Shown piece after piece: positions 11,394 to 22,819 of a DNA stretch of 64,000 nucleotides; the first letter of the stretch is position 1; each line of letters begins with the position of its first letter. The notes beneath the pieces were generated by a model. That model ran no database searches. It was not told the DNA's origin and saw only the letters and a program-made list of their open reading frames with translations. The translations under genes and the position numbers were made by a program. Source of the stretch: Macrostomum lignano (lineage: Eukaryota); assembly GCA_002269645.1 (NCBI GenBank), contig NIVC01001705.1:1-64000 (forward strand). The letters run 5' to 3'.

Positions 11394-14288
11394 CTATCGC
11401 CCAGGTCCTGCAATCAAGCCTTTAGCGCGCAGGTTCAGTATGGAGTCTGCAATCACTCGCGCGTTGCTCTGCTGGTAACCGCCGCTGGTTACCATGACGA
11501 CGGGGATGCCGTGAGATCGGCAGGCTTGAAACACCAGCTCGTCTCGCTGCACAATGCCCTGCGTTTGGATTGGGATTGGGATATGGATTTGGAATTTGGA
11601 TTTGAATTGGGATTTGGATTGGGATTTGGATTTGGATTTGGTTAGGGATTTGGGATTTGGATTTGGTTTGGGATTTGGATTGGGGATTAGGATCGGGCTG
11701 GGAATTAGCATTCAAAATCCCAGATTAGATCTGACAAGCCCTATGAGTTCAATAGTATCCCCATACATTTGCATGTATTTCGCACCTGCGCACTGACGCG
11801 CATGCGACCCAGCGGGTCACCGTCCATAACATCCGTGCCGGCGTTGTACAGCACCAGCTCAGGCGATGGGAAGTCGGACAGGGCGGCGGCCAGGGCTGCC
11901 GACACCTCAGCCAGGTAGGCCGCGTCTTCGATGCCCGAGGCCAGCTCCAGTCTGCGGGAGATCAGCGCTGCCAGGGAGGGAGGCGGCGAGGTTGGGGGGC
12001 GAGTTTGGGGGGGTGTCGGCTGCCTGCCACCTGACCCTCGGAGTTGAGATTGGTATTAACATCCCCCTGCTTCCCTCTCTCTCCTCTCCTATCTCCTCTC
12101 TCCCTTCCCCCTCTCCTATCTCCTCTCTCCCTTCCCCCCTCTCCCTCTCTCGCCTCTCCTATCTCCCTCTCTCTCGCCTCTCCTATCTCCCTCTCCCTTC
12201 GCCCCTCTCCCTCTCTAGCCTCTTCTATCTCCCTCTCTCGCCTCTTCTATCTCCCTCTCTTGCCTCTTCTATCTCCCTCTCTCGCCTCTCCTACCTCCCT
12301 CTCTCGAACCCGCCTTCTCCTACCATCCAACTTCCCAAAGCACAGCAGCAGCCAACCTACAGCCTCCTGATCGCCAGGATAAATGTCGGCATTGTAAACA
12401 TCCAGGATGTACACATTGGAATCGGCACCCAGATCTCTGGCGTAGCCGTTGCCCTGATGGGCGTCCAGATCGACAATCATGACCCGTCGAGGGGCGTCCA
12501 GCAGCCGCACGGCCAGGCTGATGTCGGCGTAGGCGCAGAAGCCGCCGCCGCGCTCCGAGCAGCAGTGATGAAACCCGCCGCCCAGATTAATGGCCCAGCC
12601 GCGATCCAGGGCGAGCTTGGCAGCCTGCGGGCGGGGCGGCATCGTTGCGTCAGCAAGGACTTCTAAAGAAGCACAACTGGACTGCTGGCTTTCGAAATTT
12701 CGTCATTATTTTTGTTTCAATATCTACTAGATTTTTCAAATTTTACCAACAATATTCTTGCAATACCTACTAACAGTAGACGAAAACTGCCTGACAAGAA
12801 AATTCTTCTAGGCATGTTGATATTTCATCATGTTAAAAGGGCAAATATAAAACAAACTGACAGGATTTTGGCTTGGATACAAGGCACAAATACTCAGATC
12901 TCAGGCTCGGAAATGCCAGAGCAGAGTGGCGCAGTGGAAGCGTGCTGGGCCCATAACCCAGAGGTCCGTGGATCGAAACCACGCTCTGCTAAATACTTTT
13001 TTGCTCAATTCTCCTCTATTAAAAATAAAGATTCACCAGTTTAAGTATTTTCTAACTTGAATAAATCTTCATTTCTGCTGGCCCAGAGCTTAAACTATCA
13101 GATATTAACTGTGAAAATTTTCCAGCACCAGCATGACTCACCAGTACGGTGCCACCAGTCTGGTAGCGAAACGGTTTGAGCAGTTTCTCCTGTACCAGCG
13201 AGTTGGGCAGAGCGGCCACCAGAGGCACCTCGGCTACCTGCGCCACCACGCGGCTGTCCTGGGCACCGATAAATGCAAATTAACTACTGTTAGTAATGTA
13301 TGCTCCTAAGCAATATTATCCATGTATAAAAAATTATTGCATCTCATCTTCAAGCCAGAATTCGCTTTTCCATGGCACCCTCAAACTAAATGTCTGAATC
13401 TCATCAAGCTGGTCCTGAATCTCATCAAGCTGGTCCTGAATTTTATCAAGACGGTCCTGAATCACATAAGCAAACTCCTAAATCTCATAGCTGGTCCTGA
13501 ATCTCATCAAGCAAGTCCTGAATCTCATCAAGCAGGTCCTGAATCTCATCAAGCTGGTCCTGAATCTCATCAAGCAGGTCCTGAATCTCATCAAGCTGGT
13601 CCTGAATCTCATCAAGCAGGTCCTGAATCTCATCAAGCTGGTCCTGAATCTCATCAAGCAGGTCCTGAATCTCATCAAGCAGGTCCTGAATCTCATCAAG
13701 CAGGTCCTGAATCTCATCAAGCTGGTCCTGAATCTCATCAAGCAGGTCCTGAATCTCATCAAGCTGGTCCTGAATCTCATCAAGCTGGTCCTGAATCTCA
13801 TCAAGCAGGTCCTGAATCTCATCAAGCAGGTCCTGAATCTCATCAAGCAGGTCCTGAATCTCATCAAGCAGGTCCTGAATCTCATCAAGCAGGTCCTGAA
13901 TCTCATCAAGCAGGTCCTGAATCTCATCAAGCAGGTCCTGAATCTCATCAAGCAGGTCCTGAATCTCATCAAGCAGGTCCTGAATCTCATCAAGCAGGTC
14001 CTGAATCCAGCAGCTCACATTGAGCGAGTCCAAGTACTCTCTGGTGTGCACCCGCAGCAGGTCGGCAGCCTCAGCCTCCAGCGGTTCGACCAGATCCTCA
14101 GCAGCCAGCAGCCCGTCGTCCAGCAGGAATCGAGCTATGCGGCCCCACTTGCGGGCATCGAACGGGTGCACCTTCTCCAGGCCGCCAAAGTCGATGTCGT
14201 ACTCCGGCCGGTAGACTATCGGCCAGGCGGCAGACGGCACAGTTGCCAAATGCAGCCCGCTAGCAGAGCCCGGCTCCGCAGAGGACAT
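11394..14288 (-). CDS. HDAC11: Histone deacetylase 11 (class IV), 5 exons, 333 aa
   Basis: Exons 14288-14019, 13258-13142, 12624-12357, 11967-11786 and 11558-11394; all GT-AG, phases consistent. Motifs HPFDARKW, GGGFHHC, GGGFCAYADI, DLDAHQGNG, YNAGTD, TSGGYQ. Confidence 0.96.
11565..11700. repeat. (GGATTT/GGATTG)n hexamer tract in HDAC11 intron 4
   Basis: Direct reading. Confidence 0.85.
12920..12991 (+). tRNA. tRNA-iMet: Initiator tRNA-Met (CAT), inside HDAC11 intron 2, antisense
   Basis: AGCAGAGTGGCGCAG...CTGGGCCCATAACCCAG...GGATCGAAACC...CTCTGCTA. It has A1:U72, the GAUCGAAA T-loop of eukaryotic initiator tRNA and a downstream T-run. Confidence 0.97.
13395..14007. repeat. Minisatellite, 21-bp unit GGTCCTGAATCTCATCAAGCA (HDAC11 intron 1)
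   Basis: Direct reading; source of the GPESHQA and IQDLLDE ORFs. Confidence 0.95.
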
Positions 14289-15124
14289 TGCAGCTGGAGA
14301 ATTTTATTGTTCAATTTAAGCATCGAGCATGCGCTAATACACTACTTAACTGCAAGTGGCAGTAGGATATTCCGCCTATTTTTAAAGCAAAAAGCGAAAA
14401 AAAAACTGTTTCTAAGAAAACAACTTGATAATTTTAGCTCACAGCGATCGAGCCGGAATTGTTTATAAGCGACCAATTTAATAGGCCATAAATAATGTAA
14501 AATAGGTTTATATTTGTCAGTTTTTCAATGTTACAATACAATAATAAAATAGATTGCAAGCTGGGAGGTCACACGCGCTGCGGTTGGGATGGTTGGCGAT
14601 GTTTAAAAATTATGGTAAAAAATTAATAGTTAGGAAATTGCTTTGAAGAGTACGGTTACATGACTATGTAATAGTGGCACCGTGAGTATGATTATTAATA
14701 ATATAACAGACAAGGAGGCCGTGTATTAAATATTGATTACAGAGCCCGCTTGTCATGTAGAAATGCACAAAAATGCAGATTTAAACAGCACGTTTTATTG
14801 TCTAGCGAAGCTGGACGTGTTCATTTCAAATAATTAATGATTAAAACAAAAATGCACCAATTTTAATAACTATTATAATAGGAAAAAAGTTACGTCTTAA
14901 AAAATAGAAAATGCGCTAATAGTTGAACAAAAGGACTATTTTGCAAAAGATTGTTGAAAGCATATTAAAAGCAGCAATTGAAAATATGATTTTAATAACT
15001 CATATGGCTAATATGATTATTAAATATTAAAGTGCTATATGAAATACAAAAAGGGGTGTATATGATAATAAAGCAACACTGAGCTGAGAAAGTCCTGCTG
15101 CCGGGGTCAAACAAGGTCAAAGGC

Positions 15125-18100
15125 CTAGCTGAGGCCGGCGGCAGAACGGAGCGCCTCGCCCGTGCCATCCAGCTCAGGCCAGGTGCTCACCATGCTGCCC
15201 GAACTGCTGGAGTACTTCTTGCGGATGGCGGTGTACCTGCGGATGGAGGGGCGGAGATTGAGAACAACGGCTTCACTGAATGACTAGGGAGAGGTCAGCT
15301 GACCCCCATCGCACACTGAAGGATTCGGGAAGGGTCAGCTGACCCCCATCTCACACTGAATGACTAGGGAGAGGTCAGCTGACCCCCATCGCACACTGAA
15401 TGACTAGGGAGAGTCAGCTGACCCCATCGCACACTGAATGATTAGGGAGGTCAGCTGACCCCCATCGCAAACTGAATGACTAGGGAGGTCAGCTGACCCC
15501 CATCGCACACTGAATGACTAGGGAGAGTCAGCTGACCCCCATCACACAAATGATTAGGGAGGGGTCAGCTGACCCCCATCGCACACTGAATGACTACGGA
15601 GAGGTCAGCTGACCCCCATCGCACACAAAATGATTAGGGAGGGGTCAGCTGACCCCCATCGCACACTGAATGACTAGGGAGAGTCAGCTGACCCCCATCA
15701 CACAAATGATTAGGGAGGGGTCAGCTGACCCCCATCGCACACTGAATGACTACGGAGAGGTCAGCTGACCCCCATCGCACACAGAATGACTAGGGAGAGG
15801 TCAGCTGACCCCCATCACACACTGAATGGTTAGGGAGGGGGTCAGCTGACTACAAGGGCGGCACCAAACTCAGAGCTCACTTGGCATTGTCCCCGGCCCG
15901 CACAGCCAGGCCAGCAATCTGCCTGACCAGAGGCTCCAGCTGCTGCCTGCTGTAGCCCGAGAACACTTCAAGCGCGTCTGTCCAGCCGGAGCCGCCGCAG
16001 GCGCCCTCCCGGCTAGGCAGCAGTTCGCGGGCCAGACAGAATGCGCCGGCGGCCAATCCGGAAGGTGGCAGGTGAGCGGCCGAGTAGTCAGCCCTAGCCA
16101 ACTCGGCCAGGTACTTGGCGGCCTCGTGTACGGCTGGAGTGGCCGCGGCCACCTTGCTGTATCGGCGCAGGAAGTGAATGGGCAGCGGATAGCCCAGGAA
16201 GAAGTTCAGTTGCTTCAGCAGGCGCTGCTCGGTGGCCCGGATCTCGGCGGCTGAGTGATTAGAGTGAGAGGGGGGGCATTGTAGAGCTGACGGCGACGCT
16301 TGTACAAGGAGTGTGCTTCTAGTACAGGATACTAGTACTAGACTATAGTACATGTACAGAAAAGGGTTGGGTCTAGTACAGGACAAACTGACTTGTACTT
16401 TTACAGAATACTGGATTTCTTGTACAAAAGAGTGGTTTTAGTACAGGAAGGTGACTTGTACAGGAAACAAGGGTTGTTCCAGTACAGAATGACTTCTACA
16501 GGAAACAAGGGTTGTTCTCGTACAGAATGACTTGTACAGGAAGCAGGGGTTCCAGTACAGAATGATGACTTGTACAGGAAGCAGGGGTTCCAGTACAGAA
16601 TGATGACTTGTACAGGAAGCAGGGGTTCCAGTACAGAATGATGACTTGTACAGGAAGCAGGGGTTCCAGTACAGAATGATGACTTGTACAGGAAGCAGGG
16701 GTTCCAGTACAGAATGATGACTTGTACAGGAAGCAGGGGTCCCAGTACAGAATGATGACTTGTACAGGAAGCAGGAATTCCAGTACAAAATGATGACTTG
16801 TACAAGAAGGGCTTGTTCCAGCACAGAATGACAACTTGTACAGGAAGCAGGGGTTCTAGAGCAGGTCTCTGGTAAAAGGCCCGAAAGATTTTAGAGACAA
16901 AGGCAGGCTTTTTTCGCCGCGTAGAAAAAATTAGTCAGCAAAAATATCATATAGTCTACTCACAGTAGACGAACTATGCTTGACAAGAGCAACTGTTTCC
17001 AGCCGTTAATATTTCATCATTTTGATTCGGTAAATATTGATATATAGCACAGTCCACACTGCAGGCACAAATACTCAGATCTCAGGCTAGGAAATGCCAG
17101 AGCAGAGTGGCGCAGTGGAAGCGTGCTGGGCCCATAACCCAGAGGTCCGTGGATCGAAACCACGCTCTGCTAAAAATACTATTTTTTATTTAAATCTTCT
17201 CGCGATTTTTCCCAGTCATTGAGGAAGTTAATAAAAAAGCAATTACCAGTGAAAGCCTGATCAGTGATGTACACAAAGTCGGCAACGTTAGGCGGGTAGA
17301 TCTCTTCGTACTTGCTGGCCAGAAGCATGGCAGACACGCCGATCAGCTGGAATTCGCTTTTCTTCACGCTGGCCCCGGCATCCGAGGACATGAAGGCGTC
17401 AATGATGTGATAGGTGAGGTACAGGCTCTCCGGCAGCAGGGTGAAGCGCTGGTGGACCTGAAAATGCGGAGCGGCATTGCCGGCTAGAACTAGCAGTGGA
17501 ATAGAGTGGACAGCAGAGTGGAATACAGTGGACAGCAGAGTGGACAGGAGAGTGGAATAGGGTGGACAGCAGAGTGGACAGCAGAGTGGAATAGGGTGGA
17601 CAGCAGAGTGGAATAGGGTGGACAGCAGAGTGGACAGCAGAGTGGAATAGGGTGGACAGCAGAGTGGACAGCAGAGTGGAATAGGGTGGACAGCAGAGTG
17701 GAATAGGGTGGACAGCAGAGTGGACAGCAGAGTGGAATAGGGTGGACAGCAGAGTGGACAGCAGAGTGGACAGCAGAGTGGACAGCAAAGTGGAATAGAG
17801 TGGACAGCAGAGTGGAATAGGGTGGACAGCAGAGTGGAATAGAGTGGACAGCAGAGCAGAGCACACAATGACAGCAGAGCAGAGCACACAATGACAGCAG
17901 AGCAGAGCCGCACCTGCACCAGCCAGTCGCACAGGATGGTCCGCATCCTAGGCGTGATCTGCAGCCGGCTTGGGCTCTGAAGGAAATCCGGCCTCACAGC
18001 CGCGGCGCTGATCTCCAGCTGCTGCAGGTAGGTGAAGATGTCCTTGACATAGGCTGACACCAGCAGGCAGTCTCTGCAATCCTCGGACTCATTGTCCACG

Positions 18101-18927
18101 TCGCCGACCTACGAGATGTATGAGATTTATGAGAAACCTCAGTTGCCGATGCTGATATAAGATAACTGAAATAAACTAGCCGATAAATAAGACAGGTCAC
18201 AACCAGTGCTGATGGCACTGCTGCCCATTCCACTGGCTCCTGAGCACATGCAAGCGCTGTACACAGGCACGCACTCATGCACACGCTCTCACAGGGTGTA
18301 CAGCAGCATGTACACTTTCTGTGCCTTAGGAGTTGATCCTCATGGTTTTGAATCACACGACATTACAAAAATGCGCAACCTTGGGATTCACACGGCCGTT
18401 TCGATTGGCAACACACACATGATGATGTAAGTCGCTATTGGCTGAGAGCAGTCACGTGACTACCAATAGTGTGTTGTCAATAGAATCGGTGGGGTGAATC
18501 CCAAGGTTGCGCCCAAGCATGCACGACAAGCCTCAAATGATTGTGGCAGCGCAGGGAATCGAACCACGGCTCCTGAGTCCTGACGCAAGAGTCGGACACT
18601 ACCTCAAACAAACCTCAGAGTACTTCTTCTTCAGCGATTCGGTGCACCTGTCCGCAGCATTGCCAGTCGCCGGAACTGCCGCAGCAGCTGGTGGCACATC
18701 AACAACAGCAGGCTTAGCCTTGACAGCCGGCAGTCTGACAGCTTTGCTATTATTGCCTGGCTTAGCAGAGGCGGCATTCTCTTTGTTTTTATTTTTGGAG
18801 GCCGTGGCGGCAGCGCCGGGCTTGGACAGAGCAGCCGGCTGCTGTTGACTGGCTTTCGCTGGGGCTTCGCCGCCTCGCCGATGCAAGCGAAGCCCTGCGG
18901 CCTTGTTGATGTCGGCAACTTTGAGAC
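15125..18927 (-). CDS. CCNB: Cyclin B (B1/B2 type); first coding exon not firmly located
   Basis: Exons 18927-18614, 18108-17914, 17457-17247, 16250-15881 and 15236-15125; phases consistent. Cyclin box MRTILCDWLVQVH, LLASKYEEIYPP, FLRRYSK and C-terminal YTAIRKKYSS. Confidence 0.93.
15278..15850. repeat. Minisatellite, ~38-bp unit containing the palindrome GTCAGCTGAC
   Basis: Direct reading; last intron of cyclin B. Confidence 0.9.
16300..16850. repeat. Minisatellite, 38-bp unit GACTTGTACAGGAAGCAGGGGTTCCAGTACAGAATGAT
   Basis: Direct reading; cyclin B intron. Confidence 0.9.
17101..17172 (+). tRNA. tRNA-iMet: Initiator tRNA-Met (CAT), inside a cyclin B intron, antisense
   Basis: Identical to 12920-12991; T-run downstream. 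Confidence 0.97.
17495..17905. repeat. Composite minisatellite (GGACAGCAGAGT / GGAATAG units)
   Basis: Direct reading; fills the cyclin B intron 17458-17913. Confidence 0.9.
18195..18598 (-). mobile_element. Degenerate SINE family 2 copy with tRNA-like head
   Basis: Body similar to 2560-2710; GGTTCGATTCCC on the minus strand near 18553-18564. Confidence 0.45.
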
Positions 18928-20873
18928 CTGGTGTAGCAAAATGGTTTTATTTAGTTGGAATAAGTTTATATAATGTGCTTATTTAATGTGCTTATATAAT
19001 ATGTTGCATTGTTAAATAATGGCTAGAAACATTTATATACTACACTGAGACTATAGATAAGAATTGCCACCTGTGAGTGGCAAATGGATAATTAAGTATA
19101 AATTTTTACATATGTTTATTATATACATATGTAATTATACCTATATTTATTTATTATAATTTTAGAATGTAGCCAAGGCACCCATACTAGAAAAAAATTG
19201 CCTATGGAGCAAACAAGTACAGAAGACTAATCCATCCTACAGAATATCACAACTTTGAATTGCAGTCAAATACTTTACTAAATAGATTCTTGCAGGCCAA
19301 TTTAAGTTCATCAGGGTGTTGCCATAATCAGCCATATCATTTTTGCTATAAAAACATAGCTATCTAACAAGTCTGACAAGTTGCTTGTCAATGGGACCTT
19401 CAAATTTATTTACTGTAATAACCATTCATGCAGATGTTTAGCATTTATACCTTTATTTGTAGTAATAATGAAGCAATGAAACAAATTCAACTTCTATTTA
19501 TACTGATAATAAAAAAGAGCCAGAGACTACATAGACTTATTTCAAGCAATATGCAACCTCATTTTACATGCAAGGCAAGACTAGAATACCATATTTTTTA
19601 TATAAGCTATGTGATTACATGTTTAACAGCTTGGCATTTAGCAACTAGCAAGTTTATATCAATAATGACAGAGTACAAGACTTTTGTTACTAGCTAATGG
19701 CCTTGCTACTTTACCAGTTGACACTATTGAGCAAGCCTTTTATATGCTTTGAGCACATATTAACTAGCATGAAAAGTCTTATTTAGCTATACTTACATTA
19801 CATAGCTAAATATATTGAGGTATATGTAATATAGCTTTTGTACTCCTTCACTTTACTCCTGTCTCACTAGGACTAGATTTCTCATTTGTTACAGAATAAG
19901 AATCTCTAATTAGTTTATCTCTAATTAAATGAATATGCACTCTATACTATAGGCTATATAAATCTTATCCTCTATCTAGACCTCTAACCTTTTAAATTAT
20001 CATTACTCTATACAAATGAACAATAATTTAGAGAGAGAAGACTGTAGGCTAAACCATAAAGCCTAGCAAAATGACATTTCATTCTACTTGCTCATGCCTC
20101 TTACACAAAGAAACCAGATTGGTGGCTCTTAATACTTGGCTTTTGCCACATGGTGCCTTTTAGCACAAGCAGTATGCAGTTGTCCACTATCAAGACTATC
20201 TACAACAAAATCTAGGACAAATACAAAGCAAGTATAAGAATAGACCTAGCTTTGCTTGAGACCTTACAGTTGGCTAAATACCCCTTTCACTAAGTGATCT
20301 AATCACAGCCCTAATTTCATCTACTTTGCCTTATGAAATGAATAAAATTAGACTTAAAGGTCACTTTTTGATCTTTGAATAGTTTATAAAATTTTATAAT
20401 TTGTTTTTGCTTTTTGCTATAGGAGTATATATAGCATTTAAATTAAATTGGACATTGTAGATTTGTGCACCTTCAAAAATAAACAAATGTTTTTAGAAAG
20501 CATATTTTGAAAGAATAAAGTAAATGATAGATAGAACAAACTGAATTAAAAGGGAACATTAATTTATACTGACCAATACCATTATATTAAAGGAATTATT
20601 AATATTATACATAATTGCCTATCCTTTATTATTGCTATTTTTGACTAGATTAATGCCAATTTTTTTGCTACATTTGTCCCAGTAAAATTTGTTTGTCAAT
20701 AAATTTATCAGTACCTTTTTGTTACCAAAATGTCTATTACTAAAACAACTTATCACCAAAACAACCTATATTCTATGGCAAAGAAATTAGTTTACTACAA
20801 AACATTGATATATAAAAAATATTTATAAAAATATTTTAATTTTAGAGACAAAAATATTCAAAATATTTTTTAA

Positions 20874-21170
20874 CATACATGCGCAACCTCCAAAATTCGG
20901 TCGGCCGTGCGACTTAGTTTTAACAAAAATGCGACGTAGTTTTTGGCCAAAAATGCGACTTGCATGTAAAAAAACCGTAAAGCAAAATTAACGCAAGTTT
21001 GGGTAAACGGCAGGAGTAACTATGACTCTCTTATTAAGCCAAAATGCTTCGTCAGCTACTTAGTACTACTACTAGGGTGTTTTTTGAGTGGGCATTTTTG
21101 CGACTTCCTTGGTTGGTCGCCAAATCGGTCGGCCGGATCGGCCGACTCGGCCGACTGTTGCGCATGTATG
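20874..21170. mobile_element. hAT-type MITE carrying a 28S rRNA-like fragment (copy 1)
   Basis: TIR CATACATGCGCAAC / GTTGCGCATGTATG; 8-bp TSD TTTTTTAA; subterminal TGCGACTT repeats. Confidence 0.9.
21001..21064 (+). other. 28S rRNA-derived fragment (H68-H71 region, R2/I-PpoI target), not a functional rRNA gene
   Basis: GGGTAAACGGCAGGAGTAACTATGACTCTCTTA is 32/33 identical to the eukaryotic LSU consensus as recalled; AAATGCTTCGTCAGCTACTTAGT resembles AAATGCCTCGTCATCTAATTAGT. Confidence 0.85.
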
Positions 21171-21213
21171 TTTTTTAATATGCCACTATTATTAAAGCCT
21201 TTTTAGGTCTTAA

Positions 21214-21245
21214 CTAGTAATCTAGTGCCCCCCTTTGGGGAGGCC
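21214..21245 (-). mobile_element. Helitron 3' terminus (GC hairpin + CTAG|T), decayed
   Basis: Minus strand CCCCAAAGGGGG...ATTACTAG|T resembles the 3' end at 42435-42462. Confidence 0.5.
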
Positions 21246-22819
21246 AATAAGCAAAGGACAAATCCTTCAAAATGAAAAGAATTTTTAGGGGGGGGGGGAA
21301 GGCTAGGAACCAAATTCTCATTGTGATTCTGGGCATATGTACTAATGAAACATGCTTGTGCAAAATTTTAAAACTGAGAATTCAACCATACTTGCCTTCT
21401 TTCAGAGCAATAGTATGCTACTTCTCTAGTGGGGGGCCCCAGGTGTTGTGGTGCAAGCAGTACACTCTGCAACAGCTAGAAAAGCAGCAATAGCAGGAAA
21501 AATTGTCACCCAAAGGCAATGTTTTGCTATATATATTCTAGATTCTTACTCTAGGCCAACTAAAGATATTAAACTACCATCTGATTGATAACACTCCAAA
21601 TAAAAATCACAATTGTTGAACATGGCCATGGCAATAGCAACTAGCACCACTGGCACTATCCCTAGAAATGTAAGTACTGTATACATTGTTGGTTACAACT
21701 TTACAAACCAATCATATATATATCATTCTTAGGAACCAAAATCTCATTTTAATTCAGGGCTTGTTACTTTATAATTTTATTCTAGGCATTTTAATACATT
21801 GTTGGTTATTATGTCAATTTTATTATTTATCACCCATTACAATTTGTTTTTTCTTCTTATTGACAATCAGAAGCAAATGAACCAATTGTACATACATAAT
21901 TCTTAGGAACCAAAATCTCATTTTAATTCTGGGCTTATATACCAATCAAACATGCTTCTGTAGAATTTTAAAATTAACAATGCAACTTTTCCTACTTGAT
22001 TTCATAGCCATATTGTGCTACTTCTGCAGGGCCAACCACAAGGTGGCCCAGTGCGAAGACCTGAAACAATATATGCAGCAACAGCAGCAGCAGCAACAGT
22101 GGGTGGCATGAGACCAGCGTCTATGTTGCACCCCTGGACATCCCGCCAATGTGGCAGGAGCTCCGTGCATCCCTGCCATCGACAGGGTGACGAATTGGTC
22201 TCACCTCCAGGTTTGCAGCCTGGGAGAGCTGTCCCCCACTGCTGGGTTGGCGGTGGATGGTGGTTTTTACAGTGTAAGTCGGTCTATGGAGGAGCCCTGC
22301 GCATCGGGACTTGGGTCCCCACGCTCTCTGGCCACCTGCCACAGGCCGCAAATTGGATTCTGCTGTCTACTGCCTGCCCATGCAGAGTCAGCGCCCCAGC
22401 TGCATGGTGCTATGCACTTGGTCCTATTAGCTATGTCTAGCTACAATGTCCGTGACCCAAAAAAGAAAGAAAGAAAAAAAAAGCAGCAACAGTGGCAGCA
22501 GCAATAGCAGCCATACTGATTACTAAGATGTCAAGACTTACTAGGGGAATTATTGAGATATCAAGGCTTAAGAGGGAATTCCTTAGATATCAAGTCTTGG
22601 GGAAATTTCTAAGATATGTATCAACTAAGCAACAGCTGCCACACTGATTCTGCACTCATATGTGCATTTGTTGTTGCCCACTAGTGGCGCTAGCTAACTG
22701 CAGCACTGAAGCCAACTACCACATGCTGCAAGTTGCCTATGTTAGCACTGTCAGGGCTGTTGCCAACTATGCCGCAGGTACCTGGCTCTGTGGTACAGCC
22801 CCCTCAACACAACACTCTA

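Noticed and set aside
13322-14023. GPESHQA / IQDLLDE repeat ORFs and an apparent coiled-coil extension of HDAC11
   Set aside because: A canonical donor at 14018 removes the array; the spliced product aligns with HDAC11 without it.
21001-21064. rRNA gene or R2 insertion
   Set aside because: Only about 65 nt of rRNA similarity, enclosed by TIRs and TSDs, with no R2 sequence at the site.
21990-22440. CYFCRANHKVAQC knuckle-like peptide and GC-richer ORFs
   Set aside because: Isolated motif with no supportable gene or element model; may be TE-captured debris.
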